Shown one piece after another: positions 22,713 through 32,000 of a DNA stretch of 32,000 nt. The translations under genes were made by a program, and so were the position numbers. The notes beneath the pieces were generated by a model. It was not told the origin of the DNA. It made no database searches and was given only the letters and a program-made list of their open reading frames with translations. The DNA comes from Candidatus Steffania adelgidicola (lineage in GTDB: Bacteria > Pseudomonadota > Gammaproteobacteria > Enterobacterales > Enterobacteriaceae): the NCBI RefSeq assembly GCF_020541225.1, contig NZ_CP045889.1, positions 1,114,346-1,146,345 on the forward strand. Reading direction: 5' to 3'. Every line of letters starts with the position of its first letter. Positions within the stretch are counted from its first letter, which is position 1.

Positions 22713-25019
22713 CTGACCAACCACACAATATGATCGTCTCGTACATCCAGTCTGATAGACCTATCTGGTAATCACTCTTCGGATAAGATCTACTGCGATA
22801 ACGGATTTGTGATCTTTTGCTGAATTGAACGTTTCAATGGACGAGCGCCATAGTCAGCATCAAAGCTAACTTTACTTAGCCCAAGTAGCACTGAGTTACT
22901 GAGCGTGATACTATCACCTTGATCGGAAAAACGCGGTATAGACTCTTTAACTGAATCTGCATAATCTCAACGAGATGTTTATAGTTCAGCAAATAAAAAA
23001 TCTATAACTTCATCTACACGATTAATCAACTCTAATTGAAGATGATATCTTACCACATCCAGCACTATATCCTTTATTTCTTCGTTTATTGGATCAAAGC
23101 GCTGCTGGATAAGGTCTGAGGCAGAATTTTAGGTTATGATGATTATTATTACGGTATGACGAAAATTCACCGTATGTCCCTGACCGTCTGCGAGACAACC
23201 GTCATCTAATATTTATTATAAAAGATTAAATACATACAGAATAAGGACGACGGCGTATCGCCTCTGTTAAATACCCTCTTCTTCATAACCAACATACCAA
23301 GAAGGAGCACCTATCAACTGTGATATCGAATATGTTTCCATAAATTCTAATATATCGATACGATCATAGCATTATCGCCTATCAAACAAGAACGTGCCTA
23401 GCGCTTTGCATTACTCTGTTTTCCCTACCCCAGTCGGCTTCAGAAAGATAAAGAAACCGATTAGGCAATTAAGATCTGAAAGACACCGGCACGACTACTT
23501 CGCATAGCATTAGAAACCACTTCTAACGCCTCGTTCTCCCCCATCACTTGCTTATGTAAATCTGGCTCTATACGCATTAATTTTACTTGCTCGTTTTCAA
23601 ACACCGCGCAATAGGGATCCCAGTCCAATGAGCTAGCACTTCCTCAATCTTAATATCAGTTACGCGATTACACAGTAGACGTAGGATTGTTCCTTCAGAT
23701 TGAGTTGCCGCACGCCGTTTTCCCAATTCCGGTTTCTTAATAACGCGGATTTCTCTGATTTATATTCCTTTTCAAGTTTCGCACAATCACACCCTTTTTG
23801 TCTGACTTCCTCATGAAATGTAATGAATCTTGTAATACTCGCATCATCCGTTTCTTTCTTTATCGCCCATTCTTCCAGCTTCAACTGCATTATTCGGCGT
23901 TCTAACCGATTGACCTCTTCTGGCTTGGAATTGTTTCCATACGAATACTAGACGCAACTTTATCGATAAGATCGATCGCCTAGTCTAGCAATTGCCGACC
24001 AGGAATATAACGATGGCTAAATTTAAAATCCGTACATAGTAATGCAACTCATAACGTTCTTTTAATCCGTCCAGAATAGTAATTATATCCTCTACATTTG
24101 GTTCGGCGACCAAGACCTTGTAACAACGCCGTTCCAATACCCAATCTTGCTCAATAAATCCACGATACTTATTAAGTGTGCGCCTACACAGTCTAGTTAA
24201 CCATGCGAAAAAGCAGGTTAAAGTATATTACCATTGGCCTTTTCAGAGCCTATACTGGTATGCAATTCATCGATAAATAAAATCGCATTCCTATGCTGCT
24301 GCAAAATATCAGTTAATACACTTTTCAGTCTCTCTTCGAATTCACCACGATATGTCGCACCCGCTACCATTAATCCCATATCTAGCGATAATACCCGCTT
24401 ATTTTTAAGCTTTTGGGAACTTTTCTGGGAACAATACGTACGCTAACCCCTTAAAAAACGTTCCCCCCCCAGTCCCCGGGTTCACGAACGAGGACTGGAT
24501 TATTTTTAGTGCAGCGCTAAAGAATTTGAATAGTACGGCGAATCTCTTTATCGCGACCAATAACAAGACTGAGTGTACCCTGTTTAACGAGGGTAGTTAG
24601 ATCAATAGTGAACTTTTTCAGGACTTGGCGTTGATTGTCTTCTCCAACATGCTTAAATTTTTCATTCGCGCGCATTTTCTTAATGACCTACTTAATCGTC
24701 GCTGTCGTAGCACTTTTTTGTGGTAATTTGTCACATAAATTTAAAACACACAGAAAATCTTGAGAACGCTATACATATTTTTTTTGCTATCTTCTACTTT
24801 CGTCATCTGCTTGCAGGTTTCCTGAACTGCCTGGGTAATCAGCGTTATATTAACTTTGCCGGATTGCAGTAGCGGACGCACAGTCCCACTCGCTTGGTTA
24901 AGTAGGGCTCTCATCACATGTACTGGTTCAACAAATTGATGATTGAATCGAAGAGCCATGGACTAAACATCAGCGAGAGCAACCTGGAATGTGTTGATAA
25001 GACGGTCTAAACACATCAT
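22713..25019 (-). pseudogene. clpB: clpB (Hsp104-type disaggregase) pseudogene, full-length footprint with multiple inactivating lesions
   Basis: - The minus strand from 25019 reads [41 protein letters not shown], against E. coli [41 protein letters not shown], with an in-frame TAG at 24965-24963.
- The NBD1 Walker A reads REPGDWGG instead of GEPGVGKT (about 24460-24495).
- The middle domain is recognisable (QLKLEEWAIKKETDDAS, 23660-23890).
- GYVGYEE is followed by a TAA at 23269-23267.
- An in-frame deletion of about 12 codons removes the NBD2 Walker B (LLDEVEKAH).
- Further stops and frameshifts continue to the C-terminal remnant DYGARPLKRSIQQKITNPL. Confidence 0.9.
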
Positions 25020-25128
25020 TCTTCCAATTCTTAATGGAAATTATCACTCTGGATGAGCAAACAAGATCGTATTTTGATACTGTAAAGATATTATCTTCAA
25101 TAAACTAGAAAAACATTCCTATTTATTT

Positions 25129-25887
25129 TAATGAATCTTACAAAGACCCATGCTGCTAGCCAGACTAAAATCACCATACGTTCGGTAATGCCCTCTCAAC
25201 TAGAGGAGCAACAAGAGTTACTTTCCTGTATAGTACAATATTTCCCATTATATATACTGCGGATTCTAGCTAGTCTTAGCCGAAAATATACCGTGGATAA
25301 AGATTCGCTAGATTTTCCCCATCCTGGAGAAAAATGTACTTATGGATTTAACATCATGGCGAGTACACACGTCTTTCACTTTACGGTCCACTTCAAATAC
25401 CTTTTATCCAATACCAAATTCTAGTCAGAATACAATATCTACATTCAATGCCTGAAAGGTATTGAATGTAGATATAATACGCCAGCGCATAACGCTCATT
25501 ATCCAGCATGCGCTGCCGCAACTTCTCGCCTTCTATGCTTATAAAACAGCACCGGTAACCATCTGTAGTCAGGACAGCGTAGATCTGACTGCATGTTGGG
25601 GTATGGAGCGCACCTCCGAGAGGTGAGGGAAGAGATGCGCTATTTAACACCACCACATCAGTACGATGCACCTGACTTATCGAGTCAGGATACATAGGGA
25701 AATTCACTTTTACCTTTAATTATAAACAATTTTCTTAATCGGTACAAGGAGCGTCTTTAACATGGTTGCTCAGATTACGTGAAGCCCCAGGCGCTGCCTG
25801 CTTGCTTATACCACCCATACAACTCGTACTGCAACAAGCACGAACCAGGGCTGGCGCATGCCAATTGGGCTGAATAAGCCGACTCAT
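25129..25887 (-). pseudogene. pgeF: pgeF (yfiH) pseudogene
   Basis: The ATG at 25887 overlaps the rluD stop (ATGA). MSRLIQPNWHAPALVRACCSTSCMGGIS compares with E. coli MSKLIVPQWPQPKGVAACSSTRIGGVS. There are in-frame stops at 25737-25735 and 25722-25720. Downstream similarity is degenerate (SQVHRTDVV, AVLTTDGYRC against AVMTADCLPV), and the conserved Cys and the HAGWRG motif are lost. The 3' limit is approximate. Confidence 0.8.
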
Positions 25888-26864
25888 AGGCAATTCATGT
25901 GAATTTTCAACATTTCTGTATCCGCTTTCAATGCAGCGATTAGTGCCACCATATCTTGTGGAAGAGGGACACGCCATTCCATATTAATTGTCGTAATAGG
26001 ATGGCAAAGTTTTAAGAGAGTGGCATGTAATGCCTGACGATTGAAATGATACAGCGCTTCGTTAAAAGATGCAGAAGCCCCCTTAATCAGTCTTGGACGC
26101 TTTTTATAAATTGGATCACCCACTAGTGGGTGATTAATATGCGCCATATGCACGCGAATCTGATGGGTTCGGCCACTTTGAAGTCGAAGGCGTAGGCGAG
26201 TATGAGCGCGAAAGTGCTCCATAACGCGATAATGCGTTACTGACGGCTTACCTGTCGGATGTATCATCATGTGAGTTCGCTGAATGGGGTGACGAGCGAT
26301 CGGCTTATCCACAGTGCCCCCAGAAATCATGTGGCCAATAGCAACCGCTTCATATTCTCGGGTAATTTCCCGCGCTTGTAGTGATCTACTGAGGCGATTT
26401 TGAGCTAGCACTGTTTTGGCTACTACCATTAAACCTGTTGTGTCTTTATCTAGACGATGCACGATCCCTACCCGAGGAACCTCCGCAATGGGAGGGAAAT
26501 AATCCAGCAAAGCGTTTAATACAGTACCATTCTCGTGACCTGCACCGGGATGTACTACAAAATCACTTGCTTTATTGATCACAAGAATATGATCGTCTTC
26601 ATAAATAATATTTAATCGGATGGCTTGTGGTTCCCACCGTAGTACTTTTTTGACAATTACACATACCTCAACGGTTTCACCACCAAATATTTTTTCTTTT
26701 GGTAATGTTATAATCCGTCCATTCACCTTTACTAAACCGTCAAGTATCCAGGCTTTAATCTGCGTTCGTGAACAATCATGCAATAATTGCACTAACACTT
26801 GATCTAATCGTTGTCTAACTCGTAGTGTATTCACCGTTCCGGTGAAATGTTGATACTTTTCCAT
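25884..26864 (-). CDS. rluD: 23S rRNA pseudouridine(1911/1915/1917) synthase
   Basis: The start is taken at MEKYQHF (26864), giving 326 aa, the same as E. coli RluD. An S4 domain is followed by HPGAG..NGTVLNALL, GIVHRLDKDTTGLMVVAKT and RTHQIRVHMAHI.HPLVGD. The track frame extends 21 codons further upstream, which I consider unlikely. Confidence 0.92.
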   Translation of the reverse strand: MEKYQHFTGTVNTLRVRQRLDQVLVQLLHDCSRTQIKAWILDGLVKVNGRIITLPKEKIFGGETVEVCVIVKKVLRWEPQAIRLNIIYEDDHILVINKASDFVVHPGAGHENGTVLNALLDYFPPIAEVPRVGIVHRLDKDTTGLMVVAKTVLAQNRLSRSLQAREITREYEAVAIGHMISGGTVDKPIARHPIQRTHMMIHPTGKPSVTHYRVMEHFRAHTRLRLRLQSGRTHQIRVHMAHINHPLVGDPIYKKRPRLIKGASASFNEALYHFNRQALHATLLKLCHPITTINMEWRVPLPQDMVALIAALKADTEMLKIHMNCL

Positions 26865-26994
26865 ATAATATATGTTCGGTAATATTAGGTTTTCACGACA
26901 ATTCCGTTTAAAATAGTATTTTACCATAGCCGTCCCATCCGGGAATCAAATAAATAATCTCTAGGAGAGATACTTTAAGGATAATCACAACGTC

Positions 26995-27726
26995 ATGTTG
27001 CAGATGAAATATCTTTTGTCAGCCATCACACTCAGCCTACTATTGGCGGGTTGCTCTAATAAAAAAAATACTGTTCCTGATCTTTCAGCATTCCAGATGT
27101 ATGCATCTGCTCAGCAAAAACTACATGACGGTAATTATAATGCCGCCATCAAGGAGCTTGAGGTGCTGAATAATTGCTATCCGTTCGGTCCCTACACACA
27201 ACAGGTTCAACTTGACTTGATTTATGCCAGCTATAAATCCAGTAATCTACTACTCATGCAATCGTCTATCGATCGTTTTCTTCGGCTGAATCCTATCCAC
27301 CCCAATATTGACTATGTACTCTACATGCAAGGCTTAACTCATATGGCACTAGATGAAAACCCATTGCAAGAATTCTTTGGTGTAAACCGTGCCGATCGCA
27401 ACCCGGAGTATGCCCGCCTTGCATTTCGTGATTTTATCCAGTTAATTCGTGGGTATCCAAAGAGCCAGTATGCCCCCGATGCCATTAAACGTCTGGTTTA
27501 TCTCAAACACCGGCTAGCCAGACATAAACTGGCTATAGTAGAGTACTACTTCAAACGTGGCGCCTATTTCGCAGTCAATAAGCGCGTTGAGGAAATGCTA
27601 CGTGATTTTCCTGATACACAGGAAACACGCCTAGCACTACCTTACATGGAACATGCCTACCAGGAATTGCAGCTTAATATTCAAAAAGATAAAGTTACAA
27701 AAATTATTGCAGTGAATCCAATTTAA
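26995..27726 (+). CDS. bamD: Outer membrane protein assembly factor BamD (lipoprotein)
   Basis: [21 protein letters not shown] contains the lipobox [22 protein letters not shown] and GYP.SQY are colinear with E. coli BamD. It is divergent from rluD, as in E. coli. Confidence 0.93.
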   Translation: MLQMKYLLSAITLSLLLAGCSNKKNTVPDLSAFQMYASAQQKLHDGNYNAAIKELEVLNNCYPFGPYTQQVQLDLIYASYKSSNLLLMQSSIDRFLRLNPIHPNIDYVLYMQGLTHMALDENPLQEFFGVNRADRNPEYARLAFRDFIQLIRGYPKSQYAPDAIKRLVYLKHRLARHKLAIVEYYFKRGAYFAVNKRVEEMLRDFPDTQETRLALPYMEHAYQELQLNIQKDKVTKIIAVNPI

Positions 27727-27865
27727 TCGGCTGCAAATGATGAGGCTTCATTACTCGCTTCTTTTAGTTGAGGGTTGGCGTTTCTCGATAAGAGACGGTC
27801 ACAGAAAAACAGAGTAACCTACTAAAATAAAAAGCGATTATATCGAATAAGAGGTAACTTACATT

Positions 27866-29032
27866 ATGTATAATAATACGTTATTCACGTTGCGCGATCA
27901 GATTAACGCACTAGATCTTCAATTACTATTATTACTAAAGGAAAGACGTGGTCTAACACTAGACATCGCACGCAGCAAAATAACCACTCAGCAGCCTATC
28001 CGCGATATAGAGCGAGAACGCGAATTGCTAAAACGCTTATTCATAGAAGGTGACAAACTTGATCTAGACAGATTCTACATTACCCAACTCTTTCAAATTA
28101 TTATTGAAGATTCGGTATTAATACAGCAGGCTTTGCTGCAGTCCACTCTCAATCAGCAACCGCGTTCAGTAAAAATCGCTTTTCTTGGACCGAAATATTC
28201 TTATTCTCACCTGGCGACACTACAATATAGTGCGCGCCATTTTAAACAGGTGGTAGAATATGATTGTCGAAACTTCTCCGATATCATAAAATCAGTAGAA
28301 ACTGGTAAAGCAGAATATGGTATTCTCCCCATTACAAATAGCAGTTCGGGCTCGATTAATGAAGTGCATGATCTGCTGCAGTATACCCAGTTATCTTTAG
28401 TTGGCGAAATCACAATCCCCATTGATCACTGCATACTCGTCAGCGGCAATACAACCCTCGATCATATCGAAATCATCTACAGTCATCAACAACCTTTTCA
28501 GCAATGTAGCCAGTTTCTAGATCGTTTTCAACATTGGAAATTTGAATACTGCGAAAGCACTGCAGACGCCATGGAAAAAGTAGCACAATTAAATCGCCCT
28601 AACGTCGCCGCATTAGGTAGTAGTCAAGGTGCAACCTTATATAATCTATTAGTGCTCGAAAATAATCTAGCTAATCAACAGCATAATCAAACACGTTTTA
28701 TCGTGCTAGCACGTAAAGCCATTAATGTACTTGAGCAAATTCCAGCAAAAACCACACTGCTTATGATAACCAGTCAACAGTCTGGCATCCTGCTCGAAAC
28801 ACTTTTAATACTGCGGACTCATGGTATTGTGATGATACGACTCGAATCTAGACCGATACATGGTAATACGCATGAAGAAATGTTTTATATCGATGTACAA
28901 GCTAATTTACGTAGTGTAAAAATGCAAAAAGCGCTTCTTGAACTACAGGCAATTACAAGTTCTCTAAAAGTATTAGGTTGTTACCCGATCGAGAATGCGA
29001 AACCGATAGATCTAGTGCCCCCAGTATTTTAA
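27866..29032 (+). CDS. pheA: Bifunctional chorismate mutase / prephenate dehydratase (P-protein)
   Basis: The 388-aa ORF has a CM domain (LR..I.ALD..LL.LL.ER..L...), a PDT domain (IAFLGPK.SYSHLA) and an ACT domain (TTLLM....Q.G.L.E.L..LR.H...[11 protein letters not shown]). It is colinear with E. coli PheA (386 aa). Confidence 0.94.
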   Translation: MYNNTLFTLRDQINALDLQLLLLLKERRGLTLDIARSKITTQQPIRDIERERELLKRLFIEGDKLDLDRFYITQLFQIIIEDSVLIQQALLQSTLNQQPRSVKIAFLGPKYSYSHLATLQYSARHFKQVVEYDCRNFSDIIKSVETGKAEYGILPITNSSSGSINEVHDLLQYTQLSLVGEITIPIDHCILVSGNTTLDHIEIIYSHQQPFQQCSQFLDRFQHWKFEYCESTADAMEKVAQLNRPNVAALGSSQGATLYNLLVLENNLANQQHNQTRFIVLARKAINVLEQIPAKTTLLMITSQQSGILLETLLILRTHGIVMIRLESRPIHGNTHEEMFYIDVQANLRSVKMQKALLELQAITSSLKVLGCYPIENAKPIDLVPPVF

Positions 29033-29661
29033 CGTTTTACTTACGGGGGGTAACATTAAATAATGTTAGATTGCATAAAATTACAGATATCTATATAGTA
29101 TCGATTATCTCATCGGGCATTTTTTTATTCTTTTAAAAAGTCTGTGGTAAAAACAACATGTAATGGATTGAAATCAAATGGTTTTATTTACCGGCTCTCT
29201 TTCTTATTTACCACATGATTAATCGAATACAGCAAAATATCATAAAGTAATTTTCTATTGATCACGTCAGAAAATTTTTACACTGTACACAACTTTTTTA
29301 AAAATTTTTTAATTCTTCTTATCTTAAATAAAACAAGTCAAAACTTCTTATCTCGAGAAAAGAATTGCTATTTATTTTATAGGGAAAAAGCTTGAATAAA
29401 GTTTCATTGTCTAATAGTTTTATAAATGTATATTTTAAAACATTAATAGATGAACTCTAAAAAATTAATAGACCATTACTCATACAAGACATTTATATAG
29501 CCTCTTTCCCTTCCCCCAACAAGAGGTCTAGTAAGAGATATGAATTCGATGTTGTTAAAGTCGCTTGATACAGTCCAGCCTCTTAAAAGGGTTTCTTTTT
29601 TTCAGTGAAAATAGAGTTAAGAAGAAAACTTAACATTTCTATCGCACCCATCACTACCACA

Positions 29662-29689
29662 TAGACACCGGTATAGGTTGAGATATAAT
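29662..29689 (+). promoter_or_regulatory. Candidate gnd promoter
   Basis: It has TAGACA (29662-29667), a 16-nt spacer and TATAAT (29684-29689), about 67 nt upstream of the gnd ATG. GGAG at 29744-29747 serves as the SD. The -10 lies inside a perfect 10-bp inverted repeat. Confidence 0.35.
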
Positions 29690-29755
29690 CTATATCTCAA
29701 TCCACGCACCTCACGGTAGTGGAGGGAAACTGTTTTTACAATTCGGAGTAACTTT

Positions 29756-31162
29756 ATGTCAAAACAAGAGATAGGCGTTGTCGGTATGGCGGTAATGGGA
29801 CGAAACCTGGCACTTAACATTGAAAGCCACGGTTATAGCGTATCTATTTTTAACCGGTCCCGTGAAAAAACAGATTTAGTAATCGCTGAAAATCCAGAAA
29901 AAAATTTAACACCCCATTATACCATGCAGGAATTTGTCAATTCACTCAAGAAACCTCGTCAAATTCTGTTAATGGTTAAGGCCGGAAAAGCCACTGATCA
30001 TATCATTGAATCAATGAAACCTTTTTTAGAGAAAGACGACATCCTCATTGACGGCGGTAATACTTATTATAAAGACACCATTCGCCGTAACCATGAATTG
30101 TCAAAAACAGGGATCAACTTTATAGGTACCGGTATATCCGGTGGGGAAGAGGGGGCACTGAAAGGACCATCGATTATGCCTGGTGGACAGAAAAGAGCTT
30201 ACGAGCTTGCCGCTCCGATTCTAGAAAAAATTGCCGCACGTGCCAATGGCGAAGCCTGTGTGACATATATCGGGCCCAATGGCGCGGGACATTACGTTAA
30301 GATGGTTCATAACGGTATTGAATATGGCGATATGCAGCTCATTGCTGAAGCTTATGCGTTACTAAAAAACACATTAAACTTAAATAATGAGCAACTAGCT
30401 AGCATTTTTCGCATATGGAATCAAGGTGAACTAAATAGTTACTTAATTGACATTACTAAATTTATACTCACCAAGCAAGATGAGAAAGGCCATTTTCTAG
30501 TGGATCTCATCCTCGATGAAGCGGTTAATAAGGGAACTGGTAAATGGACTAGCCAGAGCGCTTTAGACTTAGGTGAACCACTGAGTCTTATCACTGAAGC
30601 AGTGTTTTCCCGTTACCTGTCGTCCCTGAAACAACAGCGAATAGCGGCATCAAAAGTGCTCACCGGCCCCAAGCCGAAAGTCTTCAACGGCGATAAGAAG
30701 AGTTTTATCGAAAAAGTACGACGCGCACTTTATTTAGGTAAAATTATTTCCTATACGCAAGGGTTCTCGCAGCTAAGAGCCGCCTCAGAAGAAAACCATT
30801 GGGATCTAAATTACAGCGAAATTGCGAAAATCTTTCGTGCAGGCTGCATTATCCGAGCCCAGTTTCTTCAAAAAATCACCGATGCCTATACTCAGGAACC
30901 AGAACTCACCAACCTATTGCTTGCACCGTATTTTAAAGAGATCAGCTTTCTCTATCAGAACGCCCTGCGAGATATAGTGATATATGCAGTAAAAAACGGT
31001 ATCCCAACACCAACCTTTTCCGCGGCTATAGCTTACTACGACAGCTATCGATCTGCTGTTTTACCAGCCAACTTAATTCAGGCCCAACGTGACTATTTTG
31101 GCGCTCATACTTATAAACGCATTGATAAAGAAGGAGTTTTTCATACAGAATGGCAGGAATAA
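29756..31162 (+). CDS. gnd: 6-phosphogluconate dehydrogenase, decarboxylating
   Basis: The 468-aa ORF begins [37 protein letters not shown], and [25 protein letters not shown] is present. It ends ...[21 protein letters not shown], as in E. coli Gnd. Confidence 0.96.
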   Translation: MSKQEIGVVGMAVMGRNLALNIESHGYSVSIFNRSREKTDLVIAENPEKNLTPHYTMQEFVNSLKKPRQILLMVKAGKATDHIIESMKPFLEKDDILIDGGNTYYKDTIRRNHELSKTGINFIGTGISGGEEGALKGPSIMPGGQKRAYELAAPILEKIAARANGEACVTYIGPNGAGHYVKMVHNGIEYGDMQLIAEAYALLKNTLNLNNEQLASIFRIWNQGELNSYLIDITKFILTKQDEKGHFLVDLILDEAVNKGTGKWTSQSALDLGEPLSLITEAVFSRYLSSLKQQRIAASKVLTGPKPKVFNGDKKSFIEKVRRALYLGKIISYTQGFSQLRAASEENHWDLNYSEIAKIFRAGCIIRAQFLQKITDAYTQEPELTNLLLAPYFKEISFLYQNALRDIVIYAVKNGIPTPTFSAAIAYYDSYRSAVLPANLIQAQRDYFGAHTYKRIDKEGVFHTEWQE

Positions 31163-32000
31163 ATATACCTGGAAACGCTAGGGCATGGTCAATACCTAAT
31201 TGGAAAAATTTAGGATATAAATAATACTGATTGATCCCCTGAACACTTAGACAAAAAATATCGCCCGATTTTTTCTGTGCGTAAAATGCTTCTTTTAAAG
31301 AAGCATCAAGATAAAACCATAGTATTTTAGTTTTACTACTGTAGCTTAAAGTAATCAAAACTACAGGAATTTTATAATTAGGATGCAATCTAAATAAGAT
31401 TGAGGCGCACATCTTCCGACACCCGCTACAATCTCATGTGCGCCGCTGATATCTCTTTCATATCAAAAAGAATAGGGGGGTTTAATGAGATCGCATTAAA
31501 CCTAGCACGTAATATACTTTATTTTAAATAAGTCTGTGCGATGAACTATGATTCCATGTCGAATGGAACACAATGCGAACGGCATAATCAAGGCTATTTT
31601 TCTTCTATCTTCAGAAGATAGAAGGGGGTTCAAGGAGTGAACCATATACTTTACTATAATCTTTCTCAAGGAGAGAACAACATCACACCTAATTTTAAGG
31701 CTGACAGAGCATTCTTTTTTGTACTTTAAATTACTTATTATCATGTGAATAATGGTTTGATATATAGTGAACCACGTTAAGTATGTAGAAGAAATAAGAT
31801 TACTTTTCTATTTGTTTTATATAAAACCACTAACTTTTTGAGATTATATACTTATCATATTTATCCTATCTGTATCGCCAAAACACTGACAGATAACATT
31901 AATATTATCTATCAGTGTGTTTTTAAAAATGTACAATATATCCAATCCATAAATTTGAGTAAAAATCTGAGCCAACATAAACAAAATGGCAACAACGACT

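Noticed and set aside
27737-27817. A small ORF, MMRLHYSLLLVEGWRFSIRDGHRKTE, lies between bamD and pheA and was examined as a possible pheL.
   Set aside because: It has only one Phe and no Phe run, whereas E. coli PheL is [15 protein letters not shown]. No attenuator hairpin with a T-tract follows. It is not a phenylalanine leader.
31026-31412. A 128-aa minus-strand ORF overlaps the 3' end of gnd.
   Set aside because: It is antisense to the highly conserved gnd C-terminus for 137 bp and otherwise AT-rich with no motifs. It is a probable shadow or random ORF.

Overview
This window reads as chromosome from a genome-eroding, probably host-restricted, member of the Enterobacterales. All homology calls below are by-eye alignments to E. 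coli K-12 proteins and gene order recalled from memory.

By my own tally, about 63% of the 32 kb is intact housekeeping sequence with obvious E. coli orthologues. These are tadA (partial), murB-birA, ilvL-ilvX-ilvG-ilvM-ilvE-ilvD, a four-gene LPS core/O-antigen-ligase group, yfbR, tRNA-Arg(UCU), folD, fumC, tRNA-Glu(UUC), 16S rRNA, rluD, bamD, pheA and gnd. About 11% is recognisable pseudogene: clpB, pgeF/yfiH and a weaker rhodanese-like remnant. The remaining ~26% is AT-rich spacer in which I cannot support any feature.

Positions 19631-29032 are colinear with the E. coli rrnG-clpB-yfiH-rluD-bamD-(raiA)-(pheL)-pheA region. Within that block the 23S/5S genes, raiA and pheL are missing, and clpB and pgeF are inactivated.

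The most interesting observations:
- A 16S-tRNA-Glu unit is unlinked from 23S, yet it keeps tandem promoters and boxA.
- The ilv operon keeps its leader peptide and attenuator but has no ilvA at its 3' end.
- pheA has lost its leader and carries a substitution at the position equivalent to E. coli Trp338, which is linked to feedback inhibition.

I found no CRISPR array, IS or transposase, integrase, prophage, toxin-antitoxin or defence-like gene cluster. I cannot support a claim of a novel multi-gene system here. The signal is reductive genome evolution.
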